The notes under the pieces are model-generated. The model was given only the letters and a program-made list of their open reading frames with translations. It was not told where the DNA came from and searched no databases. From Octopus vulgaris (lineage: Eukaryota), in assembly GCA_951406725.2 (NCBI GenBank), contig OX597814.1, positions 18,600,001-18,664,000 on the forward strand: a stretch of 64,000 nucleotides of DNA. Direction: 5' to 3'. Shown here piece after piece: positions 27,965-40,433 of this stretch (within the stretch, counting starts at the first letter, position 1; every line of letters starts with the position of its first letter). The translations under genes were made by a program, and so were the position numbers.

Positions 27965-28430
27965 ACAGGCATGGCTGAGAGTTTCCGAGTTCAGTCCCAC
28001 TGCGAGACACCCTGGATAAATATCCTCTGCTATAGCCTCGGGCCCACATATGCCTTGCGAGTGGATTTGGTAGACGGAAGCTTAGCGAAGCTCACAGTTT
28101 ATATATAGATATGTGTGTGTGTGTGAGTGTGTGCGTGCGTGTGTGTGTTTGTGCGTATAAGTATGTGCGTGTGTGTGTGTATGCATTTATGTGTATGTAG
28201 CTGTGTCTGTGCTTGTTCCCCTACCCCATCACTGCTTGACAACCGGTGTTGGTGTGTCTACGTCCCCGTGATTAGCGGTTCGGCAAAACAGAGCGATAGA
28301 ATAAGTACAAGGCTTAAGAAAATAAGTCCTGGTGTGGATTTCTTCGACTAAAACCGTTCAAGGCGATGCTCCAGCATGGCCGCATTCAAATGACCGAAAG
28401 AAGTAAAAAGAATAAAAGGATAAAAGAATG
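27965..28430 (+). mobile_element. SINE family A, diverged
   Basis: Head and tail segments recognisable. Confidence 0.7.
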
Positions 28431-29281
28431 ATGATGCTGTTTAATGGCGGCTTTCGTCGAACCGGTCAGGACTGGTTTAGGCGCGAGTAGTGGTGGTGGT
28501 GACGGTGGTGGTAATTGTGGTGGTGGAGGTGAGTGCATGTACCGTTCGTTGTTACCAGAGTCGGGATGGTGCTGAACTCGGTAATATTATTGTTAGCCGT
28601 AGTGGTGTAGTTGCTGTTGTTAGTGATGACGGCAAGGCTGGAGTTATTGTCACTGCGATTTTTTTTTTTTGGGGGGGGGGGGGGATGGGGGTTTCTATAA
28701 AACCGAGGCTTCTTTCAGCTCCCACTTCTCGTTTCTTTGCCGCCTTCAGTTATTCACTGCTTTTTCGGTTCGGCTTTTCACCGCTCTCAAATCTCCAGCT
28801 CCAGAGACAAAAAAAAAAAAAAAAAAAAATGGATGGGAGGGAGAAAGGAAAAAAAAAAAAAGCACATCTTACCTACCTGCATGTGGTTGGACACTGACTA
28901 TCAACTCAGAAAAGAATGTTATCATTGCGTATCAAGAGCAGATGTCTTGACTGACAGGACGAAGCCAAATGCAGCTGCAGATAAATCGACTGAGTGAGTG
29001 AGATAAGATGTCTTGAGAGAAAAAGAGAGAGAGAGAGAGGTGGGTGGAGAGAAATAGAGACAGACGAAGAGGGTGAGACTAAGGAGGTCAGACAAAGAAA
29101 AGGAATATGAATATAAAGAAAGAATATTCTATATATATGTATATACCTTATTCTTTCTTTACTTCGTTTTTAAAACTTGCTTCCTCGGCTACTAACGTTG
29201 ATATTTTTCAGTGGAACAACAATGAAATATGAACACGCCGACAATGATGTTGACGACGACGTTGATGATGATGATAATGAC

Positions 29282-29334
<53 letters not shown>

Positions 29335-29522
29335 CAACGACGACGACGACGGTGAAGAGGGGAGTGGAGCGAGTTGTGTGTTGTGCAGTTGTCATACTAC
29401 GACCGAGTTAATATTACAACTACAGTATGAGTATCATTATTCATACTAATTATACTACAACACAAACAATTCCCATAACCAACCATCATTACAAAAAATA
29501 CCGTTGATACTACTACTACTAC

Positions 29523-29584
<62 letters not shown>

Positions 29585-29978
29585 TGCCCTGATGCAGCAC
29601 CAGGTAGTGGCTCACATGGCTTCTGATCTTAACTGATTCGAAGTGTTATCATGTGTATTGTTTTGTCTTGGATCGACAGAAAGGAACCGATGTAATAATT
29701 ACTTGGCTTACAAGGAATAAGTCTTGAGGTCGATTTGTCCGATTAAAATCGGTGTTCCAGCATGGTCGCAGTCAAATGACTGAAACAAGTAAAAGAGTGT
29801 AAATAGAGTAACCCTTGCAATGCAATTAAGGACAAGGAAACCAGATGGTGTATACTTAGCGGTGTGTACTTACTAATCAACATTTTAAAACTTTTCTATG
29901 TTTAAGAGATGAGGACTTATGTACATTATTTACATTATTTACATTCGACGGGTATTTGTCCTCATCTTGTTTGTTGTT

Positions 29979-30024
29979 AACACAATGTTTCGGCTGATAT
30001 AAGTTACAGCCTTCTTCAGGTGTC
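29979..30024 (-). ncRNA. Minimal type I hammerhead motif (degenerate stem III)
   Basis: GACAC-CUGAAGA-A-GGCUG..CAGCC-GAAA-CA-UU-GUGUU. Confidence 0.55.
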
Positions 30025-30177
30025 TTGGGGAAATTTCGAACCTGGGTTCTCATTCCTAAGGTATTCTTCGATATTATTATTATTGTTGTTGTTGTTGTTG
30101 TTATAGTTCAGGTCACTGCTTGGAATCGAACTCGGAATCTTGGGGTTAGTAGCCCACGCTCTTAACCACAACGCCAT

Positions 30178-30221
30178 ACGCCTGAAGAAGGCTGGAGGGT
30201 ATATCAGCCGAAACGTTGTGT
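30178..30221 (+). ncRNA. Minimal type I hammerhead motif
   Basis: ACGC-CUGAAGA-A-GGCUG..CAGCC-GAAA-CG-UU-GUGU; palindromic AACGUU stem III typical of dimer-acting minimal HHRs. Confidence 0.6.
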
Positions 30222-30459
30222 TAACAGCAAACAAGATGAGAACTAATATTCGTCGAATGTAAATAATGTAAATAATTTTAAAACTTCCCGAGATAAACAA
30301 TGAAAGTCACAGAGAAGCTGCACAGGTACATAGACCTGGAAGTCAAAATCAAGAGGGTGTGAAATATGAATATCGAAAAAAATAGTAGCGGTCAGTGGAG
30401 CCTTTACGAAGAAGGGAAGTGAAAAGTACCCGTGACAAAATCAATGTTTACGTAGTCCA

Positions 30460-31030
30460 AAGCGGTGAGCTGGCAGAAACGTTAGCGCGCCGGGCGAAAT
30501 GTTCAGCGGTATTTCATCTGCCGTTACGTCGATTAAATAAGTACCAGTTACGCACTGGGGTCGATATAATCGACTTAATCCGTTTGTCTGTCCTTGTTTG
30601 TCCCCTCTGTGTGTAGCCCCTTGTGGGTAGCAAAGAAATAGTTATTTCGTCTGCTGTTACGTTCTGAGTTCAAATGCCACCGAGGTCGACTTTGCCTTTC
30701 ATCCTTTCGGGGTCGATAAATTAAGTACCATTTATGCACTGAGGTCTATGTAATCGACTTAATCCCTTTGTCTGTCTTTGTTTGTCCCCTCTACTTTTAG
30801 CCCCTTGTGGGCAATAAAGAAACAAGAAACTATAGCACGCTGGGCGAAATGCTTAGCGGCATTTCGTCTGTCTTTATGTTCTGAGTTCAAGTTCCGCCGA
30901 GGTCGACTTTGTCTTTCATTCTTTTGGGGTCGATAAATTAAGTACTAATTGCGTACTGTGGTCGATCTAATCGACTGGCTCCCACCCCCACTCCTAAAAT
31001 TTCGGGCCTTGTGCCTAGAGTAGAAAAGAA
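30460..31030 (+). mobile_element. Tandem trimer of SINE family B
   Basis: Three successive GTCGAT..AAGTAC..GTCGAT..ATCGACT modules. Confidence 0.8.
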
Positions 31031-31761
31031 TATTTATGTAGTCCAGAATACAACTCATCAAAATTTTTTTATGAAGAATGTACCCTTAATGTTCTCTGGT
31101 TGGAAGATCATGAAGTTAAGTTAATTCTACAAAACTGGGTACTTTTTTTACTAACCATGTTATTCGTTATACGCATAAAATCGTATATTGTTTTCGAAAA
31201 TATTTATACGAACATCGTCTCACTCAATATGTTCATGCATATGTGTATTAATTTATAGCATATTTGGTTGCTCCTAAATATTTGTGTGTATGTGTGTGTG
31301 CGCGCAGGCACATGCATGCGTGCGTATGTGTGTGTGTTTGCATGTATACCTCTCTTTATGTATGTCTTTTAAAACGTATGTAAATACATATGTTAATATA
31401 TTTAGGTCAATTTCAAAATTGATATTCTGCAGTTTATGAATAGGAACGACACAGATAAAGTAAAGAAAGAGGGATAAACCTATTTGGTTCAATAACCGAT
31501 GAAACGAAATAGAATATTTATGATTTAGTAATATTATAAATATTCTATTTCGTTTTACCGGTTATTAAAGAGAAAACGATTGAGGGACAAAACAAATATA
31601 TCTGACATTGTTGTCAGTTCTGTAAATTATCTTGGTTTCTCTATTTGTCACTTTTCCGATTGTTTTCTTCTGTTGTTCATTCTCTGGCTGTTTTTCTTTC
31701 TGTATTTCATCGCTTCTCTCATTTGTGTGTGTGTGTAGACAGACAGATAGCTAGATAGATT

Positions 31762-31840
<79 letters not shown>

Positions 31841-31956
31841 TTCAGCCAACAAATACACACATTTTTCCCCATTTTCAGCAATATTCCTTTTAACTAGTCA
31901 ACTTCAAGGCTGAAAAATTTATATAAAACATATACAGACATGGCATATATATATGC

Positions 31957-32008
<52 letters not shown>

Positions 32009-32029
32009 AGTGTGTGTGTGTGTGTGTGT

Positions 32030-32227
32030 GACCGCGTGTGTATCGTTGGCGATTTTCTCTCTCCGTCTTCCCTTCCTTGGACCTTCCCTTTTTCTATGTT
32101 TCTGACGAAAAGCTCCGCTCGAAACGTTAAATCCTCCTTCATTCTTTCCTTTCCTGGGCGTCCAATACCACTATACATGTTCCACGTCCTCGCGTTGTTG
32201 TGGTTTTTCATTGTTCATGTTTAGAGT

Positions 32228-32230
<3 letters not shown>
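32030..32230 (+). mobile_element. Short HHR-containing repeat (probable Penelope pLTR fragment)
   Basis: Homologous to 54875-55078; contains GUUU-CUGACGA-AAAGCUCCGCUC-GAAACGUU-AAAU (32098-32132); sits between microsatellites. Confidence 0.55.
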
Positions 32231-32293
<63 letters not shown>

Positions 32294-33499
32294 ATGTATG
32301 TATGTATGTATGTATGTAGGTATGCATGTAGGTGTGTATGTATGTATGTATATGCACGTATGTATGTGTCTGTGTTTAATTTTTTTATTTTCCCCCCTTG
32401 GCATCCAGTATTGCTTTGTTTGCGTCTCCGTAACGCAGGGATGCAGCAAAACATATGGATAGAATAAATTCAAAACTTTTAAAAAATCATAATTACTTGG
32501 ATCGTTTTGTTCGAGCAAAACCCTTCTAGGTGATGTCACAGCATCGCCGTAGTCCAATGACTGAAACAATTAGAAGATAAAGATAGTAATTATATTTTAT
32601 TTTGCATCATTAGGATTATATAATTATATAATCTAACTTTAGGTTAATTAAAATATGTTTGTGACATATTTGAAATTCTGAAGGCGAATTTACTGCAATT
32701 AGCATGGAGAAAATAGTCCCGTGTAGTAAAAGGGTGTAAAAACATATCTGTGTTTTTCCTTTTACCGTAAGATAGACTTTTTTTTCTCTACGGTAACTCC
32801 CGTGAATTTGTTTTTACAAGTTGAAATATGTCAAACATATTTTAACTAACCTAAAGCTCGCTTATGCTAAATCTCTGCTCTTAGCGATAATGGTGAATTA
32901 TATAATTAAAAATCTTCAGCTTGTCTATTTCTAACTACATAAAATATAACACATTGTAAAACTCTATTCTAATTTATTTTCATAATGAACACTGTTTTAG
33001 ATTTAGGTAGAAAAGAATAATGATTCATAGCGCATAGAGCGCCATTTGAACTGTGAACCACGAACGTTCTTATTAAACATCGCCTTCATTCTCTCCGTTG
33101 CTCATCATCTTCTTCTTCTTCTTCTTCTTCTTCTTCTTCTTCTTCTTCTTCTTCTTCTTCTTCTTCTTCTTCTTCTTCTTCTTCTTCTTCTTCTTCTTCT
33201 TCTTCTTCCAATCAGGACTCACACCATTACCCGCAAAGAATAATCTCTAATTCGAGCCTACTCTAAGTTACCAAGAATGCGTGTGGCAACATGAAGATCC
33301 ACCCACCACACGCGATTGACTGGCATTTGCACGGGCGCGAAAGCTATGTTGTTATCGTCATTCCGTAAACGGTGGCTTTTAATGGGTGGAGAGCTCAACC
33401 ATCTCGGGGTAGAGAGGATTCGCAATCTAGACTAGGGTCTGAAAGTTTTACCACACCATAGTGGGTTACATCATGGTTCCTCTCCTTTGTGGCAGAAGT

Positions 33500-33692
33500 A
33501 GGAAGAAAGAGTGAGAGAAAGTTGTGGTGAAAGAGTACAGCGGAGTACACCCCTACCCCAACCTTCCAGAGCGTGGTGGAGCTTAGGTGTTTTTGCTCAA
33601 TAAACACTCACAACGTCCGGTCTGGGAATCGAAACCGCATTCTTACGACCGCGAATCCGCTGCCCTAACCATGGGGGCATTGAGCCTCCACT
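33500..33692 (-). mobile_element. SINE family C/D, 5' part
   Basis: Homologous to 10220-10413. Confidence 0.75.
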
Positions 33693-34120
33693 CCGTTGCT
33701 CAAGCAATTCTAGCGCGCATTGGTGATGACGACAAGAAGCAGCAGGAGAATATCTGGATTCACCAGAGGGGCAATTCAAATACAGAAGCGTTCAGTAACC
33801 TTGGTAGAGCCGACATTTTAGGTCACACGAATAGAGAAAGTTATAAACAAAGTTCAAATGACAAAACGAAATATAAACAACATATGAATACATACGTAAA
33901 AAAAAATCATTAGTATAAGCACATATTAGTATACGCACGCATATACGCGAAGATATATGAGTGTACGTGAATGAATGCATTTATAAATACACACACATAC
34001 ACACACACTCACAAACATATATATATATATTATATATAGAGATATATACATGTATGGAAACATATATATGAGTGTATGTGGGTTTATATACGTGTCTGTG
34101 TCAGTAGGTTTATATATGTA

Positions 34121-34209
<89 letters not shown>

Positions 34210-34216
34210 AGATAGG

Positions 34217-34251
<35 letters not shown>

Positions 34252-34743
34252 GGAGAGTTAAAGAGAGACAGAGACTGAGGCAGAGAGATGGATAACTACG
34301 TCTATATGCATGCGAGGTGTGCGTGTGTGTGTGTATGTGTATGTGTGAGCATGTGTTTGTGCGTATGTTCGTGTGTGTGTGCATGTGTGTGTGAGTGTGT
34401 GTGTATGTGTGTGTGTGTGGGAAATTGAATATAAACATTTTATATAAAATATACAAAAAATAATGATAATAAATTGTAATTGGGCGTGAAGCCTGAGGCA
34501 ATCAGTATCGAGTTTCGCTGCCCACAGAATGAACTTATTGCCAGCAGCAAAACACCTTTTCCCAAACTTGGCAATTCAGTCAATCGCTTCATCCACACAC
34601 ACACACACACACACACCTATACAGACATGAGCGCACGCACTACACACACGCACACGAGCATTTGAAATGAACACACAACCGCACATATATACGCATATGA
34701 ATGTATACACACACACCCACCTACAGATATATATATATATATG

Positions 34744-34838
<95 letters not shown>

Positions 34839-34935
34839 ATATGTATGTATGTATATATGTATGTATGTATGTATGTATGTTTGTATTTATGTATTATATA
34901 TATATATATGTGTGTGTGTGTGTATGTATTTATAT

Positions 34936-35003
<68 letters not shown>

Positions 35004-35045
35004 TTATATATATATATATATGTATATATTTATATATATTTATAA

Positions 35046-35113
<68 letters not shown>

Positions 35114-35867
35114 TATTCGTAATAAGAAACATACGTACTACACGAAATACAACATGAAGAAAACTATACAGTAAAAGTATAACCAGAAAATGTGAAATTC
35201 TAGTACGCGATATTTAAAGGAAGTGTGCTACAAAACATTCTGTTTCAGGGACTGTAACTCTCATCAGGTTGTGCAAATATGCAGAAATTGTTTGTGACTA
35301 TATGTTTTACATGCATATAGTTCAGTATGTAAAACTCTCCAGAAGTGAGTGAATGTACGGAATACAGACATTTCTAGCAAACAGGTAGAGAAAACCATTT
35401 GTTATTGCTTGAGCATGTGTATTCCAGCCGTAATGCAAAGGCGACTTTTTTCTGATTTATCTATAATACATCATCGCCTATAGTTGTATAAATTTGCAGC
35501 AAATGTTTAGTGTATCAGAATATTCCTCTAAATAATTTTACAAAATGATATCAAGAAGTTCAAAAATAATCATTTCTCGAAAAGGCACAAGACCAAAATT
35601 GTTTAACGGCGGTGCATCAGTATGGCCGCAGCTCTGAGTTGAAACTTTAAAAAATAATTTACAAACGGTAATACTTATTGACCTCAGAAGAATGAAACAC
35701 AAAGTTAATATCAACAGGTTTTAAACTCGATGGGTGTGATTTTTGAAGTTTGCTTCCTAACCACGTGGTACTAGATTCAATCCCAATGCGTGGCAACTTG
35801 AGCGAGTGCCTTCTCCTTTAGTCTCCTTGTGGATTTGGTTGGTGGACGGAAACTGAAAGAAGCTCGT

Positions 35868-35907
<40 letters not shown>

Positions 35908-35910
<3 letters not shown>

Positions 35911-36284
35911 TCTTTTACTCTTTTACTTGTTTCAGTCATTTGACTGCGGCCATGCTGGAGCACCACCTTTAATCGAGCAACTCGACCCGGGACTTATTCT
36001 TTGTAAGCCCAGTACTTATTCTATCGGTCTCTTTTGCCGAACCGCTCAGTGACGGGGACATAAACTCACCAGCATCGGTCGTCAAGCAATACTAGGGGGA
36101 CAAACACAGACACACAAACACACACGCACATATATATATATATATACATATATACGACGGGCTTCTTTCAGTTTCCGTCTACCAAATCCACTCACAAGGC
36201 TTTGGTCGGCCCGAGGCTATAGTAGAAGACACTTGCCCAAGGTGCCACGCAGTGGGACGGAACCCGGAACCATGTGGTTGGTAA
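35908..36284 (-). mobile_element. SINE family A, 5' end cut by the Helitron start
   Basis: Consensus match ends at GGTTGGTAA directly before TCTCTT. Confidence 0.85.
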
Positions 36285-36715
36285 TCTCTTATTATAAAAG
36301 GCAGATTTTATCTGCCTCCCTTTGTATCTTATAGAAATCTACAATATAGGATTTCTTCAATTACAATTTACCTAGCATTTTTAAGAGTAGAATGCATCGG
36401 GTCGTGACAGGTCCACTTTTTAAAATTTCAACCCCAATTAAGCAAAATTTAGAGAAAACTCACATTGTGGTGTATGAGTCAAATGCTTCTCTTAGTGTGG
36501 GATACAGCACACGCAAACGCACACACACAGTGTGCAACGAATAAAGTGAAACTAATTCACTTTCTGTAGTGAGTGACTATTTCACTCTACATTCCCACTT
36601 CCATTTTACACACATAGACACGCAAATATATAAATGAAATTGTAAGCTAACGTGTGTGTGTGCGTGTGTGTGAGTGTGTGTGTGTGTGCGTGTGTGTGTG
36701 TGTGTGTGAGGATGC

Positions 36716-36746
<31 letters not shown>

Positions 36747-36767
36747 TGTGCGTGAGTGTGTGACAGG

Positions 36768-37765
36768 AAAGTTTTTTAGGACGAATATAAGACCTATATC
36801 CAAGTAGCAGAAAGATCGCCCAAAAGTATATATAGATATTTAAATGTATTTATATATTCATCTATACATAGATGTATGTATAATGTGTGTGTATATATTT
36901 CCATAGCGGTAACCTTTCACTCCATACAAAGTTTTTTAGGACGAATATAAGATCTAAAGTAGCAGAAAGATCGCCCAAAAGTGTATATAGATATTTAAAT
37001 GTATTTATATATTCATCTATGCACACATGTATGTATAACGTGTGTGTATATATTTCCATAGAGGTAACCATTCACTCCATACAAAGTTTTTTAGGACGAA
37101 AATAAGATCTAAAGTTATCTCTAAGAAAGAGAAAGATCGCCCAAAAGTGTATATAGATATTTAAATGTATTTATATATTCATCTATACACAGATGTATGT
37201 ATAATGTGTGTGTATATATTTCCATAGAGGTAACCTTTCACTCCATACAAAGTTTTTTAGGACGAATATAAGATCTAAAGTTATCTCTAAGAAAAAGAAA
37301 GATCGCCCAAAAGTGTATATAGATATTTAAATGTATTTATATATTCATCTATACACAGATGTATGTATAATGTGCGTGTATATATTTCCATAGAGGTAAC
37401 CATTCACTCCATACAAAGTTTTTTAGGACGAATATAAGATCTAAAGTTATCTCTAAGAAAAAGAAAGATCGCCCAAAAGTGTATATAGATATTTAAATAT
37501 ATTTATATATTCATCTATACACAGATGTATGTATAATGTGTGTGTATATATTTCCATAGAGGTAACCTTTCACTCCATACAAAGTTTTTTAGGACGAATA
37601 TAAGATCTAAAGTTATCTCTAAGAAAAAGAAAGATCGCCCAAAAGTGTATATAGATATTTAAATGTATTTATATATTCATCTATACACAGATGTATGTAT
37701 AATGTGCGTGTATATATTTCCATAGAAGTAACCATTCAATCCATACAAAGTTTTTTAGGACGAAA
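36768..37765 (+). repeat. Tandem minisatellite, 6 units of 155-166 bp
   Basis: AAAGTTTTTTAGGACGAA starts at 36768, 36928, 37083, 37249, 37415, 37581, 37747. Confidence 0.95.
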
Positions 37766-38014
37766 ATATTTATATATAAAAGAAAGGTTGTGTGTCTGTC
37801 TACTCCGATTTAGATTCCTAACTACTCCCACATTTTGCGATGCAGTTTAACCAAAACCGGGTATCTTATAGTCGTGATTCATATCGAGCCCTTCTGGGTA
37901 TTAGCGCGCGTCTACGATGAGTCTATGATTTACAAATAATTTACCATCATTTTTTTCCATTTTAATGCATATTTTTTTAAATAAAGGGAAGTAACTCTCA
38001 AACTTCACACCAAT

Positions 38015-38536
38015 ATGCGTGCTCATATGCGACGTAATATCACATCAGCAGCATTTCCTCACACCCTCCTTGCACTTGGCGAAGGCAAAATACCAGGGGA
38101 TGAAAATGGTAATATTGCCATCGATTCCATTTGTACCATTGTTAAGACGCCTTCTGATCTCAGAGATGCAGTGTTCCCAGATCTACAAGCTAATTATCAG
38201 AATATGGATTGGATTGGCAAAAAGGCTATACTGGCCCCGAGGAATAAAACTGTTCACCATATTAATGATGAAATGCTAAAACTCATTCCTGGGGAAGTCT
38301 ATGTATATCAGTCTATCGATACAACTCCTGACCCAGAGGACGTCATCAACTATCCAATAGAGGTACTCAATTCCTTTGAGCACCCCGGACTACCACCACA
38401 CTTTCTCAAACTTAAAGTTGGTGCCCCTATAATACTCATCAGAAATTTGGTTCCCCCAAAACAATGCAATGGCACACGTTTTATCGTTAAGTCCTTATCT
38501 CCCACCGTAAACTTATATCAATATTTGCCTGAATAA
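38015..38536 (+). pseudogene. Helitron PIF1-like (SF1) helicase fragment
   Basis: AILAPRNKTVHHIN, YQSIDT, NYPIEVLNS..GLPPHFLKLKVGAPIILIRNL..CNGTR motifs; lacks Walker A/B and Rep domain. Confidence 0.9.
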
Positions 38537-38612
38537 TCATCATAATTCAGTGCAATCATTAACAGTACTTTCAAGCAATTCAGCCCCGAGCAACGCCGGA
38601 CAATTCTGCTAG

Positions 38613-38706
<94 letters not shown>

Positions 38707-38925
38707 TATATACGTGTGTATGTGTGTGTACGTGCGTGTATTCCTGTCCTTGTATGTCCTCGGTCGTTGACTCTTTACTATTGAAATTGTGACATCTTTA
38801 AAGCCCCGTTTAGTTGTACCTAGCACACACAGTCTATAAAGTGCTATTACTGCAGCCACTTATCTCCTCTGATGTAAGTCATGGGTACCAAACATCAGAA
38901 CTGCGGCAATATTTAGACAAATGCA

Positions 38926-39590
38926 AGGCGGCGAGCGGGCAGAAATGTTAACACGTCGGGCGAAATGCTTAGCAGTATTTTGTCTGCCTTTATGTTCTGA
39001 GTTCAAATTCCAGCGTGGTCGACTTTGCCGTTCATCCTTTCGGAGTCGATAAATTAAGTAGCAGTTGCGTACTGAAATCGATCTAATCGACTGCCCCCCC
39101 CCCCCCTCCTCCCTCCCCAAGAATTTGGGCCTTGCGCCTAGAGTAGAAGAGAATATTTTAGACAAATGCAAAGGCGGCGAGCTGGCAGAAACGTTAGCAC
39201 GCCGGGCGAAATGCTTAGCAGTATTTCGTCTGCCGCTACATTCTGAGTTCAAATTCCGCCGAGGTCGACTTTGCTTTTTATCCTTTCGGGGTCGATTAAA
39301 TAAGTACCATTGCATGTGTGTATATATATATGTGTGTGTGTGTGCGTATGCTTAAAAATGTTTATATATATATATATATATATATAGGGTCGATATAATC
39401 GACTTAATCGGTTTGCCTGTCCTTGTTTGTCCCCTCTGTGTTTAGCCCCTTGTGGGTAGTAAAGAAATAAGTATTTTGCCCGTCGCTACGTTCTGAGTTC
39501 AAGTTCTGCCGAGGTCGACTTTGCCTTTCTTCCTTTCGGGATCGATTGAATAAGAACCAGCTACGCACTGGGGTCGATGTAATCGACTTC
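38926..39590 (+). mobile_element. SINE family B, several copies
   Basis: Heads at 38926 and 39172, each preceded by AATATTTAGACAAATGCAA-like sequence. Confidence 0.8.
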
Positions 39591-39597
39591 AGCTGCC

Positions 39598-39824
39598 CTT
39601 TACTCTCTTTTACTCTTTTACTTGTTTTCAGTCATTTGACTGCGGCCATGCTGGAGCACCGCCTTTAATCGAGCAACTCGACCCCGGGACTTATTCTTTT
39701 GCAAGCCCAGTACTTATTCTATCGTTCTCTTTTGCCGAACCGCTAAGTAACGAGGACATAAACACACCAGTATCGGTTGTCAAGCAATGCTAGGGGGACA
39801 AACACACTCACATAAACACACACA

Positions 39825-39912
<88 letters not shown>

Positions 39913-39993
39913 TACGACGGGCTTCTTTCAGTTTCCGTCTAGCAAATCCACTCACAAGGCTTTGGTCGGCCCGAGGCTGTAGTAGAAGACACA
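39598..39993 (-). mobile_element. SINE family A, 5' truncated
   Basis: Consensus match. Confidence 0.85.
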
Positions 39994-40388
39994 TATTATT
40001 ATTTTAAGATCTTTTAAAATACAGTAACACCGTTTCCGATAAATCGAATCAGTACACATAAAGGAATTTTCTGTTATGTTACTCGATGCGAAAGTAACTT
40101 AAGAATTCATACGCGTAGGCATTTGACCAAGGTTTCCTTTGCAATTTGTTTATACACGTATAGAATTGGGGTGCCAGTCGGAAGATTTCTTTTTCCTATT
40201 AAACAAATTTACGCTCTTGTTCGTCCGAATTTATTCTATGAACGATGGTGAGAGGTTTTGCAGCTGAAACAGTACAAGCTTTCTAAAAAGTATTTCTTTT
40301 CCCCTATCAGTGAATAGACTTCACTGAATATAGATATATACAAATACGAAGTCGAGACAAATATCACCGGTTGACCGGTGTCTGCTAC

Positions 40389-40433
40389 TCTAGGCCGATG
40401 AAGGACAACGATCCTGAAACACGTGTCCCTAGA
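40389..40433 (+). ncRNA. Minimal type I hammerhead motif (CCGAUGA core variant)
   Basis: UCUAGG-CCGAUGA-AGGA(caacga)UCCU-GAAA-CACGUG-UC-CCUAGA; predicted cut after C40427. Confidence 0.7.

Larger units (their letters stand above)
29895..30276 (-). mobile_element. tRNA-headed, HHR-bearing non-autonomous element with Penelope-type terminal inversion
   Basis: Inverted arms 29925-30020 / 30181-30276; minus-strand A box 30166-30176 and B box 30122-30133; HHR core in each arm. Confidence 0.6.
36285..38612 (+). mobile_element. Composite non-autonomous Helitron
   Basis: A|TC start at 36285; 3' hairpin CCCGAGCAACGCCGG followed by CTAG|T at 38609-38612 (same terminus as 48654); internal PIF1 fragment. 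The 5' boundary is less certain. Confidence 0.75.

Noticed and set aside
36768-37765. Regularly spaced repeats as a CRISPR-like array
   Set aside because: Whole units repeat with no unique spacers; eukaryotic context, no cas genes.
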